Below the pieces are notes generated by a model, which was not told the origin of the DNA, made no database searches, and worked only from the letters and a program-made list of their open reading frames with translations. Positions 30,377-39,526 of a DNA stretch of 64,000 bases are shown one piece after another (the first letter of the stretch is position 1; every line of letters begins with the position of its first letter). The stretch covers positions 62,001 through 126,000 of the IMG/VR virus record IMGVR_UViG_3300021520_000002; one strand, given 5' to 3'. Position numbers and translations under genes: made by a program.

Positions 30377-32485
30377 ATGTCATTCTTTGGTGAGTTATTT
30401 AAAGACGAAGCACTTGAAAATTTTGATGCTAGAATAGATACACTTGTTAATCAATTTCCATCAATTAATAGAGAAGAACCAGTTGATTTATTGTCAGGAG
30501 ATTTTATTTCATCATTTATGGAACATTCTTCAAAAGATGAACTGGAAAAAGTTCTTCAAGGAATTTCAGTTTCTAGAGATAGACTTGAAAGATACGCGGT
30601 TTATGATGAAGCATATAAATATGTTCCAATTCTTAAGAGAATGATGAAAGTTTATGTTGCTAATATTTTACAAAAGAATCCAGTAACTGGTAAAAGTATT
30701 TTAATTCAAGAATCTGGAGATTTGACAAGTGAGAAGCGCCAAAATAAAGAAGTATTAGATCAAGCAAAAGATTTTTCTAATAATTGTATTAAGACATTTG
30801 GTTTATTGGATAGATTAAAACATAAGATTTTACCGAATGAACTAACCTATGGTGACTGTTATCTTGAAGTAGTAGATGTAAATCAAGAAATTAAAAAATC
30901 TGATCCAGAAGGTGCTGCCGCTGTTCAAATGACAACATTATTTGAAGGTGAATATTTGAACATGAGTAAAGAAGTAGAACAAATGAAGAATCGTGCAAAT
31001 GGACATTTGCCGTTAGGACAAATTGATCAACTTCTGATGAAGACAGCTAATTATTTGGCAGAGATTGAAATAGCTTCTTTTCCTGAGTCGTATGATCCTA
31101 ATGAAAAAGATGATGAAGATAAAAAAAGAGATGTAAATAACTATAGTAATAGTGGTGAAGGTAATGAAAAAGAAAATAAAAAGAAAAGCGAAACTATAGA
31201 TTTTAATGATATAGTTTTAAAATTACATAAACCACAACAAATTATAGTTTTACAAACAAATTATGGTTCAACTATAGGATATCTTGAAGTTACAAAAGAT
31301 GAATTTCCTCAAGTATTTAATTTAACTCAATCTTTATCAACTTTAGTTGGACGTATAACATCACTTATAGGAAAAGATCAATTAAATCAAGATAACGTAA
31401 CTGATAGAATTGTTCGATTTATTGTAAAGCAGGCATTGGATAAAGCAGATAAAGCTAAAGCTTTTAATATGGATGATCAACAAAATGCCCAGTCAATTAA
31501 TGACATTTTGAAGAATCTAGATCCAAATGTTTATACATATATTAAAAGACTTATAATTGAACAAGGATTAAATCAAACGCAGTCTCAATATCTTCACAAA
31601 TTAAAAATAAGATTCATATCAGCAAGCCGTATGATAGCTTTTACAATTCCGTCAAACGAATATGATCCATATGGTATTTCATTTATTGATAATTTAGTAT
31701 TTCAGTGTAAGTTGTATATTCTATCGCAGTTGTCAAATGTAATTATGAAGTTGAGTAGAGCTGCACCAGTCAGGAAATGGACTATCGATACTGGTAGTAC
31801 ACAAATGCACGCAAACTTGATTCAGAAACTGAAAAGAGAACTCTACAATACAAGAGTTACACTTGATGATTTAGGTAGTTTTAAATCGATTCCAAAACTG
31901 TTAAGTGATTTCAAAGATATGTTTGTATTAGCTAAAGGTGGTAATAAACCAATCGATGTTGAAGTAACTTCTCATGGTGATCCAACTATTAGAGTAGCTG
32001 ATCTTGAGGATGCTAGAAGAGAAATTATGAGTCTTTCAGGTATTCCACCAGCGTATTTAGGTTATGCAGATGTAATAGAACTCAGGGAACAGTTGGTTCA
32101 TACTAATGTTTCTTTCGCGACAGAAATTATTGATATGCAAGAAAACATAACAGCTGGTCTTACAAAATTTGTAGATATTGTTGCTGAAATTTTAAAGGTT
32201 AACTATAAACCATCGGAATATGTGCAGATTAAATTGATTCCTCCGATAGTTTTAATTCTTCAATTAATTGAAATGACATTATCATCAATAGGAAATATTA
32301 ATGGAATTTTTCAAACATTACAAACTCCAGTTGATCCTTATTTCTTCTTAAAACAATATGTTCCTTATATTGATTGGGAAGCTTTTAAAGAAGCGGCAGA
32401 TGTTTATACTACTGCTCAGAAAACAAAAGCTGAAATTGATGCAAATAAGGGCGGCGGAGGCGATCCTGGAGCTGGAGGAGGATAA
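30377..32485 (+). CDS. portal protein (T4 gp20-like)
   Basis: YGDCYLE, PYGISFID, KLSRAAPVRKWTIDTG, LSGIPPAYLG; upstream of protease and capsid genes. Confidence 0.85.
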   Translation: MSFFGELFKDEALENFDARIDTLVNQFPSINREEPVDLLSGDFISSFMEHSSKDELEKVLQGISVSRDRLERYAVYDEAYKYVPILKRMMKVYVANILQKNPVTGKSILIQESGDLTSEKRQNKEVLDQAKDFSNNCIKTFGLLDRLKHKILPNELTYGDCYLEVVDVNQEIKKSDPEGAAAVQMTTLFEGEYLNMSKEVEQMKNRANGHLPLGQIDQLLMKTANYLAEIEIASFPESYDPNEKDDEDKKRDVNNYSNSGEGNEKENKKKSETIDFNDIVLKLHKPQQIIVLQTNYGSTIGYLEVTKDEFPQVFNLTQSLSTLVGRITSLIGKDQLNQDNVTDRIVRFIVKQALDKADKAKAFNMDDQQNAQSINDILKNLDPNVYTYIKRLIIEQGLNQTQSQYLHKLKIRFISASRMIAFTIPSNEYDPYGISFIDNLVFQCKLYILSQLSNVIMKLSRAAPVRKWTIDTGSTQMHANLIQKLKRELYNTRVTLDDLGSFKSIPKLLSDFKDMFVLAKGGNKPIDVEVTSHGDPTIRVADLEDARREIMSLSGIPPAYLGYADVIELREQLVHTNVSFATEIIDMQENITAGLTKFVDIVAEILKVNYKPSEYVQIKLIPPIVLILQLIEMTLSSIGNINGIFQTLQTPVDPYFFLKQYVPYIDWEAFKEAADVYTTAQKTKAEIDANKGGGGDPGAGGG

Positions 32486-32487
32486 TA

Positions 32488-32976
32488 ATGCTTTTAGTAG
32501 AAGTTTTATTTGAACAAACTCCATCTCAAGTTCCTCCGGTACAAATTATTCAACATGTTACTCATACTCCAAAAGAACCTGATTCTAAATCGGTGGAGCC
32601 GAAACAACAGGAACAACCTGCCTCACAGGCACAAGCTGTTCCTCAGGAACAACAAATTCCACAGGGTCAGGAAACTGGAGACGAAGAAACAACTGGGGAA
32701 GAAATTCCAGAAGATGGACTTGGTGATGGTGGTCAGATGCAAGAGGAAGGTATTTCACCAGATCTTTTGCCGATTAAAAAATATTATTTGATTAGTAAAT
32801 TAAAAGAATTAAAGAATCAACTTATAGAATATAGTTTACAGAACGATGAACTTGATATCTTATTAAAATTTGCAGACAATCTATCATACAGTTCATTATT
32901 AAATGTTGGACTAATAATCACAGATGTTATTGGACAACAATTAGCGAGGTTAAAAGATGGCAAAAATACCAATTAG
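32488..32976 (+). CDS. acidic Gln/Glu-rich prohead core-like protein with MLLVEVLFE leader
   Basis: Between portal and protease; disordered Q/E/P-rich N-terminal half. Confidence 0.55.
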   Translation: MLLVEVLFEQTPSQVPPVQIIQHVTHTPKEPDSKSVEPKQQEQPASQAQAVPQEQQIPQGQETGDEETTGEEIPEDGLGDGGQMQEEGISPDLLPIKKYYLISKLKELKNQLIEYSLQNDELDILLKFADNLSYSSLLNVGLIITDVIGQQLARLKDGKNTN

Positions 32977-33721
32977 GAAATATAATTTTATATTTGAGAC
33001 TACCTCGATTAGTTCACGTGATGATATCAAGGTTTTAGAGGAAACAAAGTTACCTAATGGAAATGGAAAAATTTCAGCTTCTGTTAGGTTACAGGAAGCA
33101 GAAATGAAAAATAGTAATAGTCGATATTACTCAAATTCAATCTGTGAATCTATAGTGAATCAGTTATCTCCAAAAGCAAGTAGTCGTTCACTTTTAATGG
33201 AGATCGATCACCCTTTGTTTGTCTCTGACGATCAAAATGTTCTCAAAAGGAGAGCATCAATTGTTGAAATTAATAATTGTGGTAGTTTATTAAGAGAGAT
33301 AAGTTTTGCTGATAGAAAAGTGGGTGGTATATTTGAAACGCTTAGTGGTTTCAAAGGTCCAGATTTATATAATATAATTATGAAAGATAAGGTTGATGTA
33401 GGATTTTCGTTGAGAGCTCTTGGAGCAGTCGAACAACTTCAGGATGGAACAATAATGGTTAAAGATCCTATCAAACCAATTACTTATGATGTAGTTTCAA
33501 ACCCAAGTCACGCAACAGCAAAAGTTCTCGAATTCTTACCAGAAAACGTTACAGATTTTATGTCTGAACATAGTATGATTTATGAAGCAGCTGATATGGA
33601 GATGCTGGATCTAGATCATATAACTGTTGCAGACAGTACAATTTCATTAACAGAATTTTTCGACGACATTTATAAACAAAAATTTTCGGAAGTTATTACT
33701 AGAATAACTTTTAGAGTTTAA
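32957..33721 (+). CDS. prohead core protease (T4 gp21-like)
   Basis: NSNSRYY, EIDHP, VGFSLRALG, TYDVVSNPS. Confidence 0.9.
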   Translation: MAKIPIRKYNFIFETTSISSRDDIKVLEETKLPNGNGKISASVRLQEAEMKNSNSRYYSNSICESIVNQLSPKASSRSLLMEIDHPLFVSDDQNVLKRRASIVEINNCGSLLREISFADRKVGGIFETLSGFKGPDLYNIIMKDKVDVGFSLRALGAVEQLQDGTIMVKDPIKPITYDVVSNPSHATAKVLEFLPENVTDFMSEHSMIYEAADMEMLDLDHITVADSTISLTEFFDDIYKQKFSEVITRITFRV

Positions 33722-33749
33722 TAATATTATATTTAAAGGAGATTTAACT

Positions 33750-35357
33750 ATGTACGAACAAGCGATATTTGAAAATTATGAAATGTTCTTAAATGAGCAT
33801 AGTGATGAATTTTCTACTCCAAGTGGAGCATTGAAACTCATTACTGACAACGGTATGTTCAGATCTTATATGGAAGGTTTGACCAACGGCCTTGATTCAA
33901 ATCAGAGAGCTGTTGTTATGTCAGTAGCAAATCGTCAGAGGGAATATCTTTTAACAGAATCCGCAAACGTTCCAGGTTCTACACTGGCATTTGGTTGGAC
34001 TGTTCTTTCTTTCCCTATTCTTGTTGATATTTATGCTGAGCCAGTTGTGTCAGAGCTTTGCAATGTTTATCCAGTATCTTCACCAGTAGCTTCAATTCCT
34101 AGAATCAAAATTATGGCCTATATTAGGGGTTATGATGGAAACGTAACTCAGGTTCGTATGCCTACATTGAATCAGGCAGTAAGACCTGGTGCACTTAATC
34201 TTACAGTAACACCAGCCGTAAGTAATAACATTTTTACTATTGCTTCAGCTGCAGTTGCTCCTGCAACAGTAACATCAGATATGTACAGAATTAACAGGAG
34301 ATATACTCTTCTTACAGCTGTTCAGATTAATGAAACAACTGCTCTTGGTCCTGTTGTTGCACATAACGTATCAGTAACAATTAAACCAGACAACAGAAAT
34401 CAGTTTGTGGGTAGTTTTACATTTAATGATAATACTCCTGCTCCTGTTGGTCCTGTAGCAATTGTTGGTACTTTAAATGGTCATATTGACTATGATTCAG
34501 GCATATTCCAGTATCAGATTGTTTATGCAGTTGGTGCAACAACTTCTACTTTTGCAACAGTTTCAGCAACTATGACTATTCGTTTTATGTCTCTGACAAC
34601 TCAGAATGGTCGTATAAAAGTTAAGATTCAGACAGAAATGACTGATGTAAGCATCGATCAGAATGAAGATTTCTTGATTGAACTTCCTCCGGAAGATATT
34701 CAGGATTTCAGAGCAATCTTTAAGATTGACATTTTGAGAACACTTTCAGAAGCTATTAAGAGACAGATCATGTTAAACAAAGATCAGGATCTTGCATTCT
34801 TCTTAGCAGCTGCAGAAGGTGATATGGCATCTAATGGCGCAGCAGAAGCATTGAATCTTGCAAGTTTTGATGTAACTGGTGGACGTTTTGAGCCTAACAA
34901 AGTCATCGACGTTTTCAAAGCAGTAATTCCTAAGATTTCTATTCTTACTGGAATTATTCGTAGAAACTTCAACATGTATCCTTCTTATCTTGTCGCTGGT
35001 TTGAAGACTGCCGCATTACTTAGATCAGTTCAGACTTTCGCTCTCCAGATGCCAGGTATTGGAAATGGCGACGGAGCAGTAGGTTGGGCAGGGGATGTTG
35101 CACAGATGTTGAAGATGAAAGTTCTTGAGTCCAATGCAATCGCTGAAGGTAAGATTTATCTTTCAACGAAAGCTCCGAACAATGCTCTCGAGAAATCAGC
35201 AATTGTAGATTTGATTTATCAACCTCTTTACATTGTAACTGAGGTAACTGATGGTCAGACCAGGAACTATGTAAGATCCAGGACACTCATTGAAATTCCT
35301 AGAACAGATGGTCTTGGTGTTATTAATATTACTGGTCTTGGCACATATTTTACGTAA
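33750..35357 (+). CDS. major capsid protein
   Basis: 535 aa directly after the protease; probable maturation site YLLTE|SA near residue 70; C-terminal YQPLY...VRSRT; highly-expressed codon usage. Confidence 0.85.
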   Translation: MYEQAIFENYEMFLNEHSDEFSTPSGALKLITDNGMFRSYMEGLTNGLDSNQRAVVMSVANRQREYLLTESANVPGSTLAFGWTVLSFPILVDIYAEPVVSELCNVYPVSSPVASIPRIKIMAYIRGYDGNVTQVRMPTLNQAVRPGALNLTVTPAVSNNIFTIASAAVAPATVTSDMYRINRRYTLLTAVQINETTALGPVVAHNVSVTIKPDNRNQFVGSFTFNDNTPAPVGPVAIVGTLNGHIDYDSGIFQYQIVYAVGATTSTFATVSATMTIRFMSLTTQNGRIKVKIQTEMTDVSIDQNEDFLIELPPEDIQDFRAIFKIDILRTLSEAIKRQIMLNKDQDLAFFLAAAEGDMASNGAAEALNLASFDVTGGRFEPNKVIDVFKAVIPKISILTGIIRRNFNMYPSYLVAGLKTAALLRSVQTFALQMPGIGNGDGAVGWAGDVAQMLKMKVLESNAIAEGKIYLSTKAPNNALEKSAIVDLIYQPLYIVTEVTDGQTRNYVRSRTLIEIPRTDGLGVINITGLGTYFT

Positions 35358-35372
35358 AATTTAGTTAAAGAT

Positions 35373-35406
35373 ATCGGCAAGATCTAAATTAATAGATCTT
35401 GCCGAT
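35373..35406. repeat. intergenic palindrome copy 5
   Basis: ATCGGCAAGATCTAAATTAATAGATCTTGCCGAT. Confidence 0.95.
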
Positions 35407-35409
35407 TAT

Positions 35410-35438
35410 TTTATTTTTGGAGATTGAATATGATAAGT
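35410..35438 (+). repeat. 29-bp direct repeat (5'UTR/RBS/start), copy A
   Basis: TTTATTTTTGGAGATTGAATATGATAAGT, identical at 36783..36811. Confidence 0.95.
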
Positions 35439-35648
35439 TTGTTTGAAATGTTTAAATTAAATGTTGATTCTAAACCACCATCAGAATGGAGTAATACAAA
35501 TACAAAAGTTTATGCTAAAAATCAACCAACATTTGAAGAATTAATAGCTCATCGCAATAATAAACAACCAATTAATAATTTTGATGATAGTTTAAGAGCT
35601 AAACAAGTATCATATCACTTCTTGAAAAAATTAAAATTAAATAAGTAA
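35430..35648 (+). CDS. small protein with MISLFE leader
   Basis: GGAG RBS before ATG 35430 (ORF track 35424). Confidence 0.65.
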   Translation: MISLFEMFKLNVDSKPPSEWSNTNTKVYAKNQPTFEELIAHRNNKQPINNFDDSLRAKQVSYHFLKKLKLNK

Positions 35649-35673
35649 ACAAAGAAAATGGAGGCGTAAATAA

Positions 35674-36570
35674 ATGGCATTAAGTGAATTTTTAAAAGCG
35701 ATGGAAATAGTTAGTAATATTAAGAAACAAGAAGTTCCACTTCCAATAGCCAGAAAGAGTGCTGTCGTAAGTCCTCTTAGGGTTGGAGACGATTTATCAT
35801 TAAGATCATCATTAACTTCACCTGTTAACTATGATAGACAAATGACTAAATTGATATTTGATTTAACAGAATTTATGGCCGCTGAAGGTCAACCATTAAT
35901 TAAAGAAAATTTTGAGTTCTTTTGTAAAACAACATCTAATATTGATAAGATTTGTTTGATTTGGGGTTTATATAAAACTACATACGAATCATTAGGAAAG
36001 AGAACTTTTAAGTGTGATAAAGAGAATTGTAAAGCTGAATTTAAACAGGATGTATTATTAGACAGTTTAGTTAAAGAAGATACTTTCTGTCCTTGGGAAG
36101 AGGAAGAACTTCCTTTTCATGAATTTATTTGGGAGATAGTTGTTCCTTATGAACAGTTTGAATTTATATTTGAAAGTAGAATACCATCAATCAGTGATAA
36201 TAACAGAGTATTAAGTAATTTATCTATTGAGTCAGTTCAGGAAAATTTTCAGACAGGTGGTAATTTATTTAGTAGAAGTGAACAAATGACACTTCTTAAT
36301 AGATCAGTTGCAATTAAGAGTGTAGTTAATCCAAATAATGTTCCTAAAACAGAAAATATGCAAGAGTTATTAATTGCTTTCAGAAAATATGTTCCTCATA
36401 TAGTTTCTGAAAAATTCTTTATTGAATACAATAAGAAATTTGATAAATATTATCCAAAATTTTATACAATGATACCTTGTCCTCAGTGTGGTAATGAAAT
36501 AAAATTCACGGTAGACCTGGAATCAGAATTTTTTCGGAGAAGCTTATTTGGTGGAGGGGAGGGCAGCTAA
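35674..36570 (+). CDS. baseplate hub assembly / tail chaperone (T4 gp26-like)
   Basis: IDKICLIWGLYKTTYE, CxxxxC, RIPSISD, C-terminal CPQCG...EFF. Confidence 0.7.
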   Translation: MALSEFLKAMEIVSNIKKQEVPLPIARKSAVVSPLRVGDDLSLRSSLTSPVNYDRQMTKLIFDLTEFMAAEGQPLIKENFEFFCKTTSNIDKICLIWGLYKTTYESLGKRTFKCDKENCKAEFKQDVLLDSLVKEDTFCPWEEEELPFHEFIWEIVVPYEQFEFIFESRIPSISDNNRVLSNLSIESVQENFQTGGNLFSRSEQMTLLNRSVAIKSVVNPNNVPKTENMQELLIAFRKYVPHIVSEKFFIEYNKKFDKYYPKFYTMIPCPQCGNEIKFTVDLESEFFRRSLFGGGEGS

Positions 36571-36769
36571 GAATTATAAATATTTTGTTGATACATTTAT
36601 CTTATATCAAGCTATGTTTGACAATACTGGAGATCTTAATTCTATTCTCAATCTTCCATATCCTTTATACAATGATATTATTCTCAAACAGATTGAAGAG
36701 AAGAAAAGAGAAAAGAAGCTTCATGATGAAAATATGAGAAAAATGAAAACACAACCGAAAAAGAAATAG
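36548..36769 (+). CDS. small baseplate assembly protein (gp51-like/tail chaperone second ORF)
   Basis: Overlaps the gp26-like gene; ILNLPYPLYNDIILKQIEEKKRE. Confidence 0.55.
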   Translation: MVEGRAAKNYKYFVDTFILYQAMFDNTGDLNSILNLPYPLYNDIILKQIEEKKREKKLHDENMRKMKTQPKKK

Positions 36770-36782
36770 TTATCGGCAAAAA

Positions 36783-36811
36783 TTTATTTTTGGAGATTGA
36801 ATATGATAAGT
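36783..36811 (+). repeat. 29-bp direct repeat (5'UTR/RBS/start), copy B
   Basis: Identical to 35410..35438. Confidence 0.95.
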
Positions 36812-37078
36812 GTTAGTATATTATTTGAAATTGGAAATAGTCCAGAGATGAGAGATAAATTATTCAAATTATCAAATTCATATCAGAAATCAATGAAATT
36901 ATTAAAAGAACCAGAAGATATTTCTGCAAAACAAAAATTAAGTGCTGCAGGAAATAGAGCACTTCAATTAGGAAGAAGTATTTCTTATAGATTACATGGG
37001 CAAAATCCAGAAACAACCATGAAAATGGCAGGAATATATAAATCAATGCTTCAACGTGCACAAGGTGAAAAAAAATAA
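36803..37078 (+). CDS. small basic protein with MISVSILFE leader
   Basis: GGAG RBS before ATG 36803 (ORF track 36797). Confidence 0.7.
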   Translation: MISVSILFEIGNSPEMRDKLFKLSNSYQKSMKLLKEPEDISAKQKLSAAGNRALQLGRSISYRLHGQNPETTMKMAGIYKSMLQRAQGEKK

Positions 37079-37108
37079 GATCTTGCCGATAAAATTTGAG
37101 GGTATATT

Positions 37109-37639
37109 ATGACAATAGATTTAAGAACACTTCCGACAAATATACTAGAACAAATCCCTCTATCAATTAGAACTTTTCAATCAGTATATACTGTTGAAGA
37201 TTTACCGAGTAGAATTCAAGAATTGATTAAACAATATCTTGATGCTACTCCAATTGTAAAGTATTCTAATGTTTTCGATTTTAAACCAGAAATTTCAAAA
37301 TATAGTGATTTTCAAACTATTAATAATAAAGTTGATCTTGTTATAGAATATTTAAAAAATTATCTTTTAGTTTTACCAGAATCATATCCATTTGATCCAA
37401 TATTTGGATGTAGTTTAAAATATCATTTACAAACAAGAGATACTAATTTAAGACAAACATTAATATCTGCAGAGATAGATAAAGTTGTTAATATTTTATC
37501 TCTTCAGTTTAATGTTCCAATTATTGTTAAGAGTGTTATTATGAATCCTGTATCTGGAACAGTCTATAGTGAATTTAATATAAAGATTGATCTTCAGATA
37601 GGTGAATATTATAAAAGCATTAATGTTGAATTTACGTAA
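37109..37639 (+). CDS. gp25-like baseplate wedge / sheath initiator
   Basis: LKNYLLVLPESYPFDPIFGCSLKYHL. Confidence 0.75.
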   Translation: MTIDLRTLPTNILEQIPLSIRTFQSVYTVEDLPSRIQELIKQYLDATPIVKYSNVFDFKPEISKYSDFQTINNKVDLVIEYLKNYLLVLPESYPFDPIFGCSLKYHLQTRDTNLRQTLISAEIDKVVNILSLQFNVPIIVKSVIMNPVSGTVYSEFNIKIDLQIGEYYKSINVEFT

Positions 37640-37674
37640 AAAGATCTCAACCAGTTATAGTTGAGATCTTTTTA
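37637..37674. terminator. bidirectional terminator between convergent genes
   Basis: TAAAAAGATCTCAAC-cagttata-GTTGAGATCTTTTTA. Confidence 0.8.
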
Positions 37675-38472
37675 TTATGTATTAGTGTTTACATATTCTG
37701 AAATTTTATTCAAAGTTATTTCATTAGTTTTTTCAAGGTTATAACTTGCATGTATTAAAATTGGATTTTTTTCGTTTTTAAATAATTCTCTTATAAAACC
37801 TTTACGTAAATATATTTTATAAGTATTAGATACAATAATATCAAATATTGACCATAATGGAAGAATACGTTGAATAATATTAATGACTTCGAATTTTGAA
37901 CATTCACCAACATATAATTCAGATGGATTCATAATTGTGAAATATATTTGACAAATAGATTTATCTATAGTTACTAATATAAAACCATGATTTAAAATTG
38001 ATGGAAATGTTTTAAGAAAATCAGTTTTAAATTTAGTTTTTTGATCGTAATTTATACTATATTTTTGTGGTTCAATATTATTAAAAGTTAATTTTCCTTC
38101 TACACCAATTTCTAATTCATTTTGTTTTTTCTTTTCAACTACAGTTGTATAATGTATAAAACCATTTTCAGCTGTACCAAACATATCATCAGGCAAACGT
38201 TTTGTACAATCAAAATGTATCATATTATCTGAAACGCTATAAGTTGCAACTCCAGGAATAAGATCATATAATGATTGTATTTTAGTTAATTTGCCGATCT
38301 GTACGAAGAATTTTGAATAGAAATTATCATCCATTTTAACAAAGGGGCAAACAACATCTGTGATTGTATCTCTTATTTTTTTTGCTAAAATGAATTGTTG
38401 ATCTGATGATAGCATTACTTGTGTAAGATTGATATTTGATTTTTTGTTGTCAACTTGGTAATTAATTGGCAT
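37675..38472 (-). CDS. hypothetical protein, isolated minus-strand gene in the structural block
   Basis: AAGGAG RBS; own upstream motif and terminator. Confidence 0.7.
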   Translation of the reverse strand: MPINYQVDNKKSNINLTQVMLSSDQQFILAKKIRDTITDVVCPFVKMDDNFYSKFFVQIGKLTKIQSLYDLIPGVATYSVSDNMIHFDCTKRLPDDMFGTAENGFIHYTTVVEKKKQNELEIGVEGKLTFNNIEPQKYSINYDQKTKFKTDFLKTFPSILNHGFILVTIDKSICQIYFTIMNPSELYVGECSKFEVINIIQRILPLWSIFDIIVSNTYKIYLRKGFIRELFKNEKNPILIHASYNLEKTNEITLNKISEYVNTNT

Positions 38473-38515
38473 TTTTACACTCTCCTTTTATTGTATTATA
38501 TTTACTAAAAGTATC

Positions 38516-38525
38516 ATTTCTATAT
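38516..38525 (-). promoter_or_regulatory. putative phage promoter motif ATATAGAAAT
   Basis: Minus-strand copy upstream of 38472. Confidence 0.5.
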
Positions 38526-38552
38526 AAATTTAGAAGCTGATAAGGATAGAAT

Positions 38553-39512
38553 ATGTTAAACGCTCTATATGATCCACAGTCAGTTCAATCATATCATAGT
38601 GAATATTTAAAATTAATAAATTTTTATATGAATATTAAACGTCCAAGTTCATTTATTCGATATTACAATATTGATATTGATAATTCAACATATGATGAAA
38701 AATTGGAATCAACTTATGATATGTATCACGTTTCAAATATTAGATTTAATCTTTATGATTTTACTCCATCATTTTATTTAGCACCAGTTTTAAATGCGAC
38801 TGCTAATGTATCTGATCTTCGAGGACAAATGCTAGATGCAACATCTACAATTGTTACATATAGTATTGAGAAGCCAAGAATTCATGATTTAGTTATGTTT
38901 TATTCACCAGTTAAAGGTGGAGAAATTTTTAGAGTTACAAATTTTCGAACCCCGGTTAATGCAATACATTCAGATCCAAATCTCACATGGTTTGAAATGG
39001 ATCTTGAATATGCACCTTTATCAGATCCTGGCCGATTAAAAATTCTGAATCATTTTGTTTATGATTTATCTGAAGAGAAGTATATTAGTTATCAAGATTA
39101 TATAAAGTTTATGGATTTACTAAAATCATTAGAGGATTTACTAACTCAAATTTCAAAATTTTATGATTCATATAATGACTTATATCAATATACTCAGTTA
39201 GTCCCGGTTGAAGTTAATGAGTTATTGATATTCTTTAAAAGGACATATGCTAATAAGTATAAGAGAATACTAGAACAATTTTTATTACCTTATGGGTATC
39301 TTGACAATACAAATTTTCAGATGATGTATTCTGATGTTAACGAGTTACCTTTTGTTGCTGGAAATTATACATATCATGTTTATAATTTAACAACAAAACA
39401 AATTGAAGATTATACTTGGTCAGTATCTCATACTGAAGATCAAGTTGGACTTGATGAATTATTTTTATTAGCATTTAGACTTTTACAGATATCGTATGAT
39501 TGGAAAATTTAG
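38553..39512 (+). CDS. virion structural protein (neck/head-completion-like, tentative)
   Basis: FIRYYNID...KPRIHDLVMF...IFRVT; located in the tail cluster. Confidence 0.5.
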   Translation: MLNALYDPQSVQSYHSEYLKLINFYMNIKRPSSFIRYYNIDIDNSTYDEKLESTYDMYHVSNIRFNLYDFTPSFYLAPVLNATANVSDLRGQMLDATSTIVTYSIEKPRIHDLVMFYSPVKGGEIFRVTNFRTPVNAIHSDPNLTWFEMDLEYAPLSDPGRLKILNHFVYDLSEEKYISYQDYIKFMDLLKSLEDLLTQISKFYDSYNDLYQYTQLVPVEVNELLIFFKRTYANKYKRILEQFLLPYGYLDNTNFQMMYSDVNELPFVAGNYTYHVYNLTTKQIEDYTWSVSHTEDQVGLDELFLLAFRLLQISYDWKI

Positions 39513-39526
39513 TTTGGAGAACTATT

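Larger units (their letters stand above)
36771..37091. repeat. split palindrome: left arm TATCGGCAA (36771-36779) and right arm AGATCTTGCCGATA (37078-37091) enclosing one gene
   Basis: The arms match the palindrome family; the interior is RBS plus a 91-aa ORF. Confidence 0.8.
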
